DNA of 64,000 bases, from contig JBKBYA010000001.1 in NCBI GenBank assembly GCA_046313635.1, positions 831,481 to 895,480 on the forward strand. Reading direction: 5' to 3'. A model generated the notes under the pieces. That model was not told the origin of the DNA and searched no databases. It worked only from the letters and a program-made list of their open reading frames with translations. Position 1 is the stretch's first letter, and each line of letters starts with the position of its first letter. The DNA comes from Pyrinomonadaceae bacterium (GTDB lineage Bacteria > Acidobacteriota > Blastocatellia > Pyrinomonadales > Pyrinomonadaceae). The position numbers and the translations under genes were made by a program. This document shows positions 37,760 through 47,634 of the stretch, in pieces.

Positions 37760-38350
37760 ATGAAACGCACTTCAAGATATTTTGCAGCGGCAGCCTTCGG
37801 ATTAGTGCTGCTTGCTCTGCCGTCGGTCGCATCGGCGCAGTGGCGCGACCGTGATCGCGACGACGACTATTACGGCAACGGCCGTTACGGCTACGGACGC
37901 AACATCCGGGGGACGATCGAGAGCCTTCGCAACCGGGCAAGAAACTTTGAGCGTCAGGTCGACCGCGTCGACGATCGCCGAGACGACCGTCAGGACGATC
38001 GCTGGGGCCGCAATCGCGGCGACCGGTACGACAATCTCGACGTCCTTGCTCAACGCTTCAGGCGCGCGACCGAGGACCTGCGAAAGGAGTACGGCAACGG
38101 CCGTAATCTGAACAATAGCCGCGACGAGGCGCAGCGTGTGCTCGACCTCGGTTCGCAGATCGAATATGTCATCGGTAGCTCGCGCGGCGGGCGGCGCGGC
38201 AGCGGCGGCTATATCCAGAATGAGTGGTACCAGATCAGCTCCGATCTGCGGATCATCGCCGACGTTTACGGTTACAACTACCAGAATCGCGGCGGCTACA
38301 ACCGCAACGGAAGCTGGCGTAACCGGGTGCCTTTTCCGCTCCCGTTCTAA
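37760..38350 (+). CDS. secreted Arg/Asp/Gly/Asn-rich hypothetical protein
   Basis: Signal peptide ending ASA-Q; GGGAG Shine-Dalgarno; downstream terminator. Confidence 0.8.
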   Translation: MKRTSRYFAAAAFGLVLLALPSVASAQWRDRDRDDDYYGNGRYGYGRNIRGTIESLRNRARNFERQVDRVDDRRDDRQDDRWGRNRGDRYDNLDVLAQRFRRATEDLRKEYGNGRNLNNSRDEAQRVLDLGSQIEYVIGSSRGGRRGSGGYIQNEWYQISSDLRIIADVYGYNYQNRGGYNRNGSWRNRVPFPLPF

Positions 38351-38376
38351 GACAGACCACGATCGACTGGCAAAGG

Positions 38377-38409
38377 GCCCGGACGACAGCGTCCGGGCAT
38401 TTTTGTTTT
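38377..38409 (+). terminator. intrinsic terminator
   Basis: GCCCGGACG-ACAG-CGTCCGGGC followed by ATTTTTGTTTT. Confidence 0.75.
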
Positions 38410-38455
38410 GAGCTTCAGATGATTTCGCCGAATAATAGCTTGTTCGTCAGAACCT

Positions 38456-39307
38456 ATGAAGGGAAAGCTCTATCTCGTCGCGACGCCGATCGGCAACCTC
38501 GGCGACATCAGTCTTCGGGCACTTGAGACCCTCCGCATCGCCGACGTTGTCGCCTGCGAGGACACCCGACATTCGCAAAAGCTCTTTAACCACCACGGCC
38601 TGACCGGTCGTCTGGTCAGCTACCACGAGCACAACGAGGCCGCCCGTGCGGCGGAGCTGGTCGCGCGAATGACGAGCGGCGAGTCGGTCGCGCTGATCTC
38701 CGACGCCGGTACGCCCGCGATCAGCGATCCGGGTTTCAGGCTTGTGCGGCAGGCGATCGAGGCCGGTATCGACATCGTGCCCGTGCCGGGGCCGGCCGCC
38801 TTTGTCGCGGCGGCGATAGCGTCGGGACTCCCGACCGATTCGCTCTTTTTCGGAGGCTTTTTGCCGGCTCGTTCGGGCGAGAGAAAGCGCCGCTTGCGGG
38901 AATGCGCTGCCATCCCCGCGACGCTTATTTTCTACGAGGCTCCGCACCGGCTGGCCGCGGCACTCGCCGACTGTGCGGCCGAATTGGGGCCGAGGCCGGC
39001 CGCAGTCGTGCGCGAGCTGACCAAACTCCACGAAGAGATCCTGCGCGGCGATCTAGCGCAGCTTGCCGCCGCAGCTGCCGGCAAGGGGTTGAAGGGCGAG
39101 ATCGTGATCGTGATCGATCGAGGCGTGCCGCCAAATGCCGCCGCGATCGGCGAAGCATCGATCGCAAGCCTTGTCGCCGGCTACGAAAAAAGCGGTCTCG
39201 ACCGCCGTGATGCGCTGAAGCACGCGGCTCGCGATCTCGGGCTCTCGCGATCGGAGGCATACCGGAGGCTGCATAGCGAAAGAATTTTTGAAAGTAGCGG
39301 CGATTGA
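38456..39307 (+). CDS. rsmI: 16S rRNA (cytidine1402-2'-O)-methyltransferase
   Basis: ATPIGNLGDI, CEDTR, SDAGTPAISDPG and RELTKLHEE motifs. Confidence 0.96.
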   Translation: MKGKLYLVATPIGNLGDISLRALETLRIADVVACEDTRHSQKLFNHHGLTGRLVSYHEHNEAARAAELVARMTSGESVALISDAGTPAISDPGFRLVRQAIEAGIDIVPVPGPAAFVAAAIASGLPTDSLFFGGFLPARSGERKRRLRECAAIPATLIFYEAPHRLAAALADCAAELGPRPAAVVRELTKLHEEILRGDLAQLAAAAAGKGLKGEIVIVIDRGVPPNAAAIGEASIASLVAGYEKSGLDRRDALKHAARDLGLSRSEAYRRLHSERIFESSGD

Positions 39308-39354
39308 GAGTTTTTGCAGGTATACTTTCTGTTCCGTACGGGGAGTCTGCCGTG

Positions 39355-40497
39355 ATGACCGCAAAAACAATATCGATAGCCGCAATCCTCCTGATCCTTG
39401 CTGCATCGGTGCGCGTCTTTGGCGAGACGTCCGAGCGCGAACAGCCGTCGCGCTTTGCCGTCACGCTGCTGACATTGTTCCGAGACAGCGATGAGGTCTT
39501 TGTCGCGACCTTCGATAAGGTCGACGACGAGACGCTGGTCGCAGTCGAGACAAACTTCACGGTCGCAAGGGTGACGAGCCGCTTTACGGTCATTTCGACT
39601 CTCAAGGGCGAGCCGCGGAAGCTGCTCGATCTGCAGGACGAGACGTTTCGATACCGCCTGTCACCCGAGGCTCCAGAAACAACTTTTATCAAGGACCAGC
39701 ATTCGTTTGACCCGTCGGCTGCGGCGCGGCCGGGCGACAAGGTCCTGTTGTTCCTGCGACGCGATCCGAAGGACGGATCGCTCAGCTTGCTCGACTCGCG
39801 CGACGGCATCAAGCGGCTGGCCGCCGATGACGAGGCCGACTTTTTGGATCGCATAACCGAGCTGGGAAAGATCTTGGCGGGCCCGAAGGTCGAAGCCTCG
39901 ATCGTCGCGGAGTGGCTCGTCCGATGCGTCGAGCGACCGGCGACCCGATGGGAAGGCGCGTTTGAACTCGAGCGCGGATTTCGCCTGCTTGAACAGCAGG
40001 AGCGGCAGGCCAAAGCGATCGAGGCGGCGGCAGCGCCTCGCGCGGCCGAAAGCACTGAATTGAAGACCTCGAATATCGACATGGCGGCCGTCGCCTCGGC
40101 CTTGAGCGAGAAGCAAAAGGAGAGGCTGACCAACGCGCTTCTGACCGCGGACGGCTTTGATCCCGCATCGACGGGCAAGCTCAGCCTCGGCGATCTCCAG
40201 CTCATAAAACTCGTTCGCCGCTGGGGCGGCCGCGATATCGCGCTCAGCGTGGTGCAGCGGCTTAAGTACCGGTCGGCGATCGGAGCCGACGATATCTACC
40301 TGATGACGGTCGTCGCCGAGCTTATCGGCGACCGGGCCGCACTCGAGCAGGCCCGCACCATCGCCCGGCTTACGAGCGAAAGGAATGCCGACCCCGCAGC
40401 GTCGACCTCGGCCGACCCGCGTCATTCGATCCTGGTCAGCTTCGTCGGCCGCATTGAGCGAGCCGTCACGCTAAAGCCCGGCGAGAACGCGAAGTGA
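39355..40497 (+). CDS. hypothetical secreted protein
   Basis: Signal-peptide-like N-terminus after GGGGAG; no recognised motif. Confidence 0.65.
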   Translation: MTAKTISIAAILLILAASVRVFGETSEREQPSRFAVTLLTLFRDSDEVFVATFDKVDDETLVAVETNFTVARVTSRFTVISTLKGEPRKLLDLQDETFRYRLSPEAPETTFIKDQHSFDPSAAARPGDKVLLFLRRDPKDGSLSLLDSRDGIKRLAADDEADFLDRITELGKILAGPKVEASIVAEWLVRCVERPATRWEGAFELERGFRLLEQQERQAKAIEAAAAPRAAESTELKTSNIDMAAVASALSEKQKERLTNALLTADGFDPASTGKLSLGDLQLIKLVRRWGGRDIALSVVQRLKYRSAIGADDIYLMTVVAELIGDRAALEQARTIARLTSERNADPAASTSADPRHSILVSFVGRIERAVTLKPGENAK

Positions 40498-40691
40498 CCT
40501 CCCGATCCGAACTCTCCCTCTGTCTGCTGACGCGCCTTTATTAGCAACCTGCATCGACCTGCGAGCCATCCGAACTAGCGGATCCGAGTGATCCATATGC
40601 CTGACAGATTTCGCGTTACCAAATTTGTTGGGCGTTTTGCTTTTTAAAGCAAAGACCAAGTAAGTACGGACAAAAGGGAGTATTTGTAATT

Positions 40692-41354
40692 ATGAAAAAT
40701 CTTGTGTTAGCCGTTGGGCTGTTGGTTTTTTCGGCGTTCGCCGCGACCGCCCAGACGACGACGGCGGACGATCATAAGAAGGGCGAGTTCTACGTCGGTT
40801 ACTCGAATGGACAGGTCGATACGGGCCTGGACTCGGGTAACAGCGTGAGCTCATTCTTTCGTGATCGGAAGAATTTTAACGGCGTGAACGTCTCTGGCGT
40901 TTACAACCTCAATCGCTACTTTGGACTCAAGGGCGACGTTTCGGCGACCTTTAACGGCACGACGTTCTCGAGCAGTTATACAAATCCGACGACCGGCACT
41001 ACTTCGCGCGCTTCGTTCGACACCTCGAACCAGCTCTGGAATTTCGTCGGCGGCGTTCAAGTCAAGGACAACGCCAAGTCGGGCACGTTCAAGCCCTTTG
41101 CTCACGCGATGGTCGGAGCCGGTCACGCGCGTACAAAGGTGAAGGACGTCGTCTGCACGCCATCGACGACACTTTGCCCGATCGTTCCGGGGACGTTCTC
41201 CGACACCGGACTGTCAGGCGTTTTTGGCGGCGGCCTCGACTTTAGGGTCAGCGACCGCTTTCAGATCAGGGCCATTCAGGTCGACTACAACCCGATCCGA
41301 TTCGACGGCCAGACCGATCACAACCTACGCATCGGCGCCGGTATCGTGTTCTAA
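40692..41354 (+). CDS. outer membrane beta-barrel protein (OmpA-like 8-strand)
   Basis: Signal peptide, GEFYVGYS, FGGGLD, C-terminal GIVF. Confidence 0.85.
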   Translation: MKNLVLAVGLLVFSAFAATAQTTTADDHKKGEFYVGYSNGQVDTGLDSGNSVSSFFRDRKNFNGVNVSGVYNLNRYFGLKGDVSATFNGTTFSSSYTNPTTGTTSRASFDTSNQLWNFVGGVQVKDNAKSGTFKPFAHAMVGAGHARTKVKDVVCTPSTTLCPIVPGTFSDTGLSGVFGGGLDFRVSDRFQIRAIQVDYNPIRFDGQTDHNLRIGAGIVF

Positions 41355-41372
41355 GCCGGACCGAAGCAAGAC

Positions 41373-41403
41373 AAAAAAGGGAGCCGCGATGGCTCCCTTT
41401 TTT
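41373..41403. terminator. bidirectional terminator between convergent genes
   Basis: AAAAAAGGGAGCC-GCGAT-GGCTCCCTTTTTT. Confidence 0.88.
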
Positions 41404-41406
41404 GGT

Positions 41407-43041
41407 TTACCGCTGCGTCAGCTCCGGCGGAAGCTGCTTGTCGATCTTGGGACGTTCCTTCAGGTCCGTGAGTTCCCAGAGTGTGAGAAAGATGGTCCGC
41501 GTGACCTTTTCCATCTTTGCGTAGTCGATCTTGTCCGGGTGATCGGACGCCTGATGGTAGTCCTCGTGCACGCCGTCAAACCAGAACGCGATCGGGATGC
41601 CGTTCACCGCGTAGTTGAAATGGTCCGAACGGAAGAAGAATCGGTTGGTATCTTTCGGGTCGTCGTAACGCGTGTCGTACTTCAGACCGAGGTAACCGGC
41701 GTTGGCCGCGTCGACGACGGCGCCCAGCGTCGAGCTCATCATGTCCTTGCCGATAACGTAGATCTCGTTCTCGCCGGAGAGCTCCTTATTCTTGGGGTTT
41801 GTGTCGTCCGGTTTGCGGCTGCGGCCGATCATATCGATGTTGAGCTGGGCGATGACCTTCTTGATATCGACCGTCGGGAACTTATTGAAGTATTCGCTGC
41901 CCCACAGACCTTTCTCTTCGCCGGCGTGCCAAACGAAGAGCACCGACCGCTTTGGTCGCTTGGGCGCCTTGGCGAGAGCCTCGGCGATCGAGAGCACCGC
42001 GACCGTGCCCGAGCCGTCGTCGTCGGCGCCGTTCCAGATCTTGTCCGGGCCGGGTGCATTCGGATTTGTCCCGACGTGATCGTAGTGAGCTCCGATGGCG
42101 ACCATTTCGCTCTTGAGAGCGGGATCGCTGCCTTCCCAAATAGCGACGACGTTCTGGGTCGAGAGCTTTTCGACCTTGCTGGCGGTCGAAAGCCGCCCGG
42201 TCTTCGTGGTCACGAATGCCGACGCCGAACTCTTATCTCCCGACTCGCCGGCAAAGATCGCGCTGCCGACCTTTTCTGAAACGATAAATAGCGGCATGTC
42301 CGACGGCGCGTTTGCGCGTTCGCCGCGCAGTTTGTCGACATACATCGAACCGCGGCCGAGAAACCCGCGAAGCTGCGGCCACATCGCCTGGAGCTGCGGC
42401 GGAGCGATAACGATAACTCCGGCGGCTCCCTTGACGCGAGCGTACGCGACCGGGTTGGCCCAGTCGACGCCCGATTCGCCCTTGAGGTCGTCTTCGGTCA
42501 CGCCCGCGGGCCGCGGGATGAGCGTCTGCTGGCTGAATGTCGGGCTCGACAGCACAACGATCTTGCCCGCGACGTCGACGCCCGCGTAGGCGTCGATGCC
42601 CTTGGACTTGACGAGCCAGCCGTCCTTGGCAAAGACCAGTTGCCCCGAGGCGGTGCCCTTGCCGCCGACGCGGTAGAAGTCGTCGGCAAAATTGAATTTT
42701 TGCCCGGCGATCTCGAGCGTGGTCTGCGAGTGATCGATGCTCTCACGCGTGAGGGCCATCTTCTGAAAGAACGTGCCGTCGTCGCCCGCCGGTTTAAAGC
42801 CCCAGCGCGAGAGCAGCATCGCGATGAACTTTGCCGTCGTGTCGAGCCCGCGCGACGGCGTGTCGCGGCCCTCCATCTCGTCGGAGGCGACGAAGTAAAG
42901 ATAATCGCGGAGCTGTCCGGCAGTGATGGCTTCGGCGAGCTTTTTCTCCTGCGGCGTGATCTTGACGGCCGTTTGCGCAACCGAGGCGGACGGCAACAGG
43001 AACGTGAAAACCAAAAGTAGGCCTAATAGATGTCTTCGCAT
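41407..43041 (-). CDS. M28 family aminopeptidase with PA domain, secreted
   Basis: GAHYDH, NGADDDGSG, GEEKGLWGS, NIDMIGR, RSDH and DYH motifs. Confidence 0.92.
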   Translation of the reverse strand: MRRHLLGLLLVFTFLLPSASVAQTAVKITPQEKKLAEAITAGQLRDYLYFVASDEMEGRDTPSRGLDTTAKFIAMLLSRWGFKPAGDDGTFFQKMALTRESIDHSQTTLEIAGQKFNFADDFYRVGGKGTASGQLVFAKDGWLVKSKGIDAYAGVDVAGKIVVLSSPTFSQQTLIPRPAGVTEDDLKGESGVDWANPVAYARVKGAAGVIVIAPPQLQAMWPQLRGFLGRGSMYVDKLRGERANAPSDMPLFIVSEKVGSAIFAGESGDKSSASAFVTTKTGRLSTASKVEKLSTQNVVAIWEGSDPALKSEMVAIGAHYDHVGTNPNAPGPDKIWNGADDDGSGTVAVLSIAEALAKAPKRPKRSVLFVWHAGEEKGLWGSEYFNKFPTVDIKKVIAQLNIDMIGRSRKPDDTNPKNKELSGENEIYVIGKDMMSSTLGAVVDAANAGYLGLKYDTRYDDPKDTNRFFFRSDHFNYAVNGIPIAFWFDGVHEDYHQASDHPDKIDYAKMEKVTRTIFLTLWELTDLKERPKIDKQLPPELTQR

Positions 43042-43185
43042 TTTGTCTCCAGAGTTTTATTGCGGATCAAGTACCTTGGTACGCGACGGGCGGCGAGAGA
43101 GTTTCAATTTGATGGTCGGGAAGCGGGCCGCGGGCCGGCCTCGAAGGAGCGGGTCGAGAGCGTCGCGCGCCGACGAAAGGCAGGA

Positions 43186-44010
43186 TCACGGGGCCGCGAC
43201 ATTCTCCCGCGAGATCGATCCGACGATAGCGATCTTGTGACGATCGGCGAGTTCGATCATTCGCTCTCGATCGAAGACGAGCGTCTTTCCCGCCGTCACC
43301 GATAGGCAGGTCGCGCCGGCCTCGATCATCGTCTCGATCGTCGGCACGCCGACCACGGGCACGTCGAAGCGCATATCCTGATCGGGCTTTGCGACCTTGA
43401 CGACGGTCAGCTTACCTTTGGCGAGCTCGCCCGCACGGCGGATCGTTGCGTCGGTGCCCTCCATCGCCTCGATCGCGACGCACGCGCTCGCCCGCACGAC
43501 GATCGTCTGGCCGAGATCGAGCCGCGCGATCTCGTGCGCGATGTGCAGGCCGTAGTCGATATTGGCGAGCTCGGTCTCGTTGGGTTTGCGTTTTGTCAGC
43601 ACGCCTTCGGGTGCGAGCCGGTCCTTGATGAAGTAGGTCGAGTCGATCAGCTCGATGCCTTCTTTGGCCATCTCGTCCGCCACGCCGCCGATGAGCGCGT
43701 CGGTGTTGCGGCGGGGAAGATTCCAGAGCATCTTCACCATCCGCAGGTCGGGCAGCGAGCCCGAAAAGATCTGCACGTGCTTGACCTGCCCGGCCATGAT
43801 CGCCTTTGTCACGCCGCGGCTCTTAAAGTGCGAGATCATCTTGCCCAACTGACCGATCCCGACCCACGCGACATCCTCGGCGACCTCGTCGATACGCTTG
43901 TCCGTTTCTTCTTTGATCGCGACGACCGTCAAAGACGCGCCGGCCCTGCGTGCGCCTTCGAGGACAAGAAAAGGGAACTGGCCGTTACCGGCGATGAGGC
44001 CGTATCTCAT
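43186..44010 (-). CDS. lpxI: UDP-2,3-diacylglucosamine diphosphatase LpxI (DUF1009)
   Basis: GLIAGNGQFP, LDLGQT, EAMEGTD and KPDQDMRFDVP motifs. Confidence 0.92.
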   Translation of the reverse strand: MRYGLIAGNGQFPFLVLEGARRAGASLTVVAIKEETDKRIDEVAEDVAWVGIGQLGKMISHFKSRGVTKAIMAGQVKHVQIFSGSLPDLRMVKMLWNLPRRNTDALIGGVADEMAKEGIELIDSTYFIKDRLAPEGVLTKRKPNETELANIDYGLHIAHEIARLDLGQTIVVRASACVAIEAMEGTDATIRRAGELAKGKLTVVKVAKPDQDMRFDVPVVGVPTIETMIEAGATCLSVTAGKTLVFDRERMIELADRHKIAIVGSISRENVAAP

Positions 44011-44306
44011 TTCTTTGGCTCGTGAAACGGGCCGCGAACGGCAAGTACCCGCACCGTTCTCCGGTCAATCTCGAACAAAACCCTGCAGCGATCCATCACC
44101 AGATGTCGCACTTCCCGCCGGTCGAAGTTTAAGTCGGGGGCCAGCGGGCAACTCTTGGGGTGTTGAGCCAAGCGGTCCTTAATGACACGCCGCAACGCGA
44201 TGGCCCAGGATCTCGCCTTGGTAACTCCCCAATTGCGGACGCCCCACTCGAAGGACGCGAGAATATCCGCCTCAGCTGAAAGGGCGATCGTTACTTTGTA
44301 CTTCAT
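44007..44306 (-). CDS. RelE/ParE family toxin
   Basis: 99 aa basic protein, SAEADI, HPKSCPLAP, RVLFEI; ATGA overlap with antitoxin. Confidence 0.8.
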   Translation of the reverse strand: MKYKVTIALSAEADILASFEWGVRNWGVTKARSWAIALRRVIKDRLAQHPKSCPLAPDLNFDRREVRHLVMDRCRVLFEIDRRTVRVLAVRGPFHEPKK

Positions 44307-44596
44307 TCGTTGAAGGGAATGTCGTACTTCGCGAACATTTCGTCAAAGAACTCTTCCGCGTCGCGAACGCGTCCCGCCTTTACGTCCTCACGCGCGCGCC
44401 TGATCGCGGCAATGACGTCGAGACGCTCTTTTTCGCGGAGGTAATCTTCGTAACTGTCGGGGTCGAGGACCACTGCTGCGGCCTTACCATTGACCGTCAG
44501 GATGATCGGCTCACCGGTTCTCTTGATCTGCCTGATCAGTTTTGCGGAGTCCCTCTTGAATACGCTAAGACTCTGGATATCGCGAGACAGCTTCAT
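44303..44596 (-). CDS. Phd/YefM family antitoxin
   Basis: DIQSLSVFKR and PIILTVNGKAAAVV motifs; acidic C-terminus. Confidence 0.88.
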   Translation of the reverse strand: MKLSRDIQSLSVFKRDSAKLIRQIKRTGEPIILTVNGKAAAVVLDPDSYEDYLREKERLDVIAAIRRAREDVKAGRVRDAEEFFDEMFAKYDIPFNE

Positions 44597-44686
44597 GGAA
44601 AAAAGCTTATCACACGTTGCCGAATTCGCACTGAATTTGACAACGGACCGCCGGCCGGAGCGGAGAAGGTGATATCCGGTTGACGA

Positions 44687-45607
44687 TCAAGTCCGCGTTT
44701 CGGCTTGCTCCCTTGCGTGGTACGACGAGCGCGTGAGCGGTGACGACTCGACGTGCTTGAAGCCCATGTCGAGGCCGATGCGCTTCCATTCGGCAAATTC
44801 TTCGGGTGTAACGTAGCGCTCGACGGGCAGGCGCTTTTCGTAGGGCTGAAGGTACTGGCCGATGGTCATGATGTCGCACGAGACCTTGCGAAGGTCGCGC
44901 ATCAGGTCGACGACCTCTTCAAAGGTCTCGCCGAGCCCTGCCATGATGCCGCTCTTGGTGAGCATCTGCGGGAATTGTGAATCGCGGTATCGCGCCGCGC
45001 GATCGAGCAGCTCGAGTGTCTGGTCGTACTTGGCATCGGGACGAACGCGGCGGTAGAGGCGGGCGATCGTCTCGGTGTTGTGATTGAGCACGTCGGGCCG
45101 CGCGCTGAGGACGTTGTTGAGCGCGGTCTCGTCGCCGTTGAAGTCGGGGATCAAAACCTCGACCTTGCAGTCGGGATTGAGCTCGCGGACCTTGGTTATC
45201 GTCTCCGCCCAATGCATCGAGCCGCCGTCGGGCAGATCGTCGCGGTTGACCGAAGTGATCACGGCGTGAGCGAGCCCGAGATGCGCGACGGCCTGTGCGA
45301 CATTCGCCGGCTCCATCGGATCGAGGTCCATCGGCTTGCCCTTGTTGACCGCGCAGAATCCGCAGTGCCGCGTGCACGTGTCGCCGCCGAGCATGAAGGT
45401 CGCCGTGCGATCGGTCCAGCATTCAAAGATGTTCGGGCACTTGGCTTCCTGGCAGACGGTGTGCAGGTTGAGGCCCTCGATCAGGTTGAGCACCGCGTTC
45501 TGATTCGACGGGTCGCCGAGCTTGATCTTGAGCCAATCGGGCTTTTTGAGCCGCTCGCGCTGCTTGCGGTTTAGAAATTTTTGGACGAGGACCTTTTCTT
45601 CGATCAT
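44687..45607 (-). CDS. lipA: lipoyl synthase
   Basis: CQEAKCPNIFEC, CTRHCGFC, NHNTET and RSSY motifs. Confidence 0.97.
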   Translation of the reverse strand: MIEEKVLVQKFLNRKQRERLKKPDWLKIKLGDPSNQNAVLNLIEGLNLHTVCQEAKCPNIFECWTDRTATFMLGGDTCTRHCGFCAVNKGKPMDLDPMEPANVAQAVAHLGLAHAVITSVNRDDLPDGGSMHWAETITKVRELNPDCKVEVLIPDFNGDETALNNVLSARPDVLNHNTETIARLYRRVRPDAKYDQTLELLDRAARYRDSQFPQMLTKSGIMAGLGETFEEVVDLMRDLRKVSCDIMTIGQYLQPYEKRLPVERYVTPEEFAEWKRIGLDMGFKHVESSPLTRSSYHAREQAETRT

Positions 45608-45683
45608 ACTGCCTGCATTCCCCTGCCGGGACTGAACCTAAAGTTTAACACCGCATACGTATTCGCCTCTAATCAGACAAAGA

Positions 45684-45717
45684 TTCGGGTGGCAACCGAT
45701 AGATCGCCACCCGAAAA
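45684..45717 (-). terminator. stem-loop after SOD gene, probable terminator
   Basis: TTCGGGTGGC...GCCACCCGAA. Confidence 0.55.
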
Positions 45718-45739
45718 CTCCTCTGCTCGAATTGTGTGT

Positions 45740-46369
45740 TTAAGCTCCCGTCCCGCCAGCCGACTCCTGCAAACGCGAGCTGACGGCGTCCCAGTTGATG
45801 TTAGAGAAGAATGCCTCGATGTATTTCGGTCGATCGGCCGGAGCGTAATCGCGGATGAAGGCGTGTTCCCAGACGTCCATGATCAGGATCGGCCGGTAGC
45901 CGGCAACGTTGCCGGTCTCGTGCAGGTTGATCCAGTGGTTCGAGAGCGCTCCGTTTGACGGGTCCTGATAGGTCGCGGCCCAGCCGACGCCTCGCATCTT
46001 ACCGGTCGCGATAAAGTCGGCCTTCCAAACCTCGTAGCTGCCGAAGCTCTCCTCAGCGGCTTTGTAGAACGCCGAGTCCTTGTTCGCGTCGCCGGTGCCC
46101 TGCTTCATCATATTGCCGAAGTAGTACTCGTGCAGGACCATGCCGTTGTATTCGAAACCATAGCGGCGGCGAAGCTCGGAGAACGCGGCCATCTTGGTCG
46201 GGTCGAGCTGGCCGTCGCCGATCAGGTCGCTGATCTGCTCGTTAAGCAGGTTCGTGTTGGTGACGTAACCTTCGTACAGCTTGAAGTGCATTGCGAGAGT
46301 TTCGTCCGAGATGCCGTTGAGCCCGCTCAGATCGAACGATTGTGCTTTGTAGACTGTGTTCAAACCCAT
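45740..46369 (-). CDS. Fe/Mn superoxide dismutase family protein
   Basis: HFKLYEGYV, NGMVLHEYYF and DVWEHAF metal-ligand motifs; start at ATG 46369. Confidence 0.9.
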   Translation of the reverse strand: MGLNTVYKAQSFDLSGLNGISDETLAMHFKLYEGYVTNTNLLNEQISDLIGDGQLDPTKMAAFSELRRRYGFEYNGMVLHEYYFGNMMKQGTGDANKDSAFYKAAEESFGSYEVWKADFIATGKMRGVGWAATYQDPSNGALSNHWINLHETGNVAGYRPILIMDVWEHAFIRDYAPADRPKYIEAFFSNINWDAVSSRLQESAGGTGA

Positions 46370-46410
46370 TGCCTTTTTTCTCCTTACTATCGTGCTGTCG
46401 AATAACTGGC

Positions 46411-46755
46411 TTACGGTGTGTCCTCGATCGCGGGCCGCGGGCCGGCGTCGATGCCTTTGACGCTTGCCTGGTTGATGACGCGGACCTTGAGATCGTCGGC
46501 GACTCGTATCTGACACGAGAGCCGTGTGTGGTCGCCGAGGTCGGCCTTGGTCGCGAGTATGGCTTTTTCGGCGTCGCGGATCTCGCCCGGGTCGCCCTCG
46601 AGCACCTCGACGCGGCAGGTCGTACAGCGAGCGTTGCCGCCGCAGCGGTGCAGAATGTCGATGCCGTTGTCCTCGAGTGCATGGACGAGCTTGGTACCGG
46701 GTTCTGTCTCAAAAGTGATCGGGCCGTTGGCGGTTTCGGCGGTGATGGTGCGCAT
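46411..46755 (-). CDS. 2Fe-2S ferredoxin
   Basis: CGGNARCTTC ... RLSCQ. Confidence 0.92.
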   Translation of the reverse strand: MRTITAETANGPITFETEPGTKLVHALEDNGIDILHRCGGNARCTTCRVEVLEGDPGEIRDAEKAILATKADLGDHTRLSCQIRVADDLKVRVINQASVKGIDAGPRPAIEDTP

Positions 46756-46840
46756 CAAAAATCTCCAGCTTGAAATCGATATAGATCGCTATTTTATTGA
46801 ATTTGGCACAAAGAAATCGCGAAATCAAATTTAGCCGTTT

Positions 46841-47629
46841 TTACGGTATCGGTATCACGGCCTTGCGGTCGGCAGGCGGCCGGTCGCCCTGATACAGCAC
46901 CTTCTCGAGATAGAGTCCCGACGGCGGAGCGGTGAATTTCGCGGCCGCGTCGGAGCGGAATTTGAGCATTCGCTCAAACCCGCGATAGTCCAGATCGCCG
47001 CGGCCGACCTCGGCAAGCATGCCGACGATGCGGCGGACCATCTTCCATAAAAAGTGGCTCGCGCCGATGCGAAAGCAGATCAGGTCGCCGTCCGTGAAGA
47101 CCTCGGCCCGCTCGACCTTGACGACGGTCGACTGCTTTTTGCCCTCCTCGATCTCGGCGAACGAATAAAAGTCGTGCCTGCCGACCAGCATCGCCGCAGC
47201 CTCGGCCATCGCGGCCGGGTCGAGGCGGTCCTTTATCCACCAGACGAAATTCTTGCCGAATGCGGTTCGACGCGTGGCGATCTGGTAAAGGTAGTAGCGG
47301 GCGACGGCGTCGTGTCGGGCGTGAAAATTGTCGGGAGCGTTCGAGACCTTGCGGATGTTGATGTCGTGGGGCAAAAGGTCGTTGATCGCGAGCTGTATCT
47401 GCCGCGGCGTCACGTTCGCTCGCAGCTCGGGCACGCGAAGATGGGCGACCTGCCCGACGGCGTGCACACCCGCGTCGGTGCGGCCCGAGCCGTAGATCTC
47501 GGCCCGCGATTCGAATATCTGGCGCACGGCGCGCTCCAGTTCACCCTGAACCGTCTTTGCGTTGTGCTGGATCTGCCAGCCGCGGTAACGAGTGCCTTCG
47601 TATTCAAGATCAAGTCGCCAAGTAGGCAT
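46841..47629 (-). CDS. truA: tRNA pseudouridine(38-40) synthase
   Basis: YEGTRYRGWQ, SGRTDAGVHA, FHARHDA and FLWKMVR motifs. Confidence 0.96.
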   Translation of the reverse strand: MPTWRLDLEYEGTRYRGWQIQHNAKTVQGELERAVRQIFESRAEIYGSGRTDAGVHAVGQVAHLRVPELRANVTPRQIQLAINDLLPHDINIRKVSNAPDNFHARHDAVARYYLYQIATRRTAFGKNFVWWIKDRLDPAAMAEAAAMLVGRHDFYSFAEIEEGKKQSTVVKVERAEVFTDGDLICFRIGASHFLWKMVRRIVGMLAEVGRGDLDYRGFERMLKFRSDAAAKFTAPPSGLYLEKVLYQGDRPPADRKAVIPIP

Positions 47630-47634
47630 AGGGT

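Noticed and set aside
46802..46820. Second sigma54 site (TTGGCAC)
   Set aside because: No TTGC at the -12 position, and it faces away from the adjacent gene start
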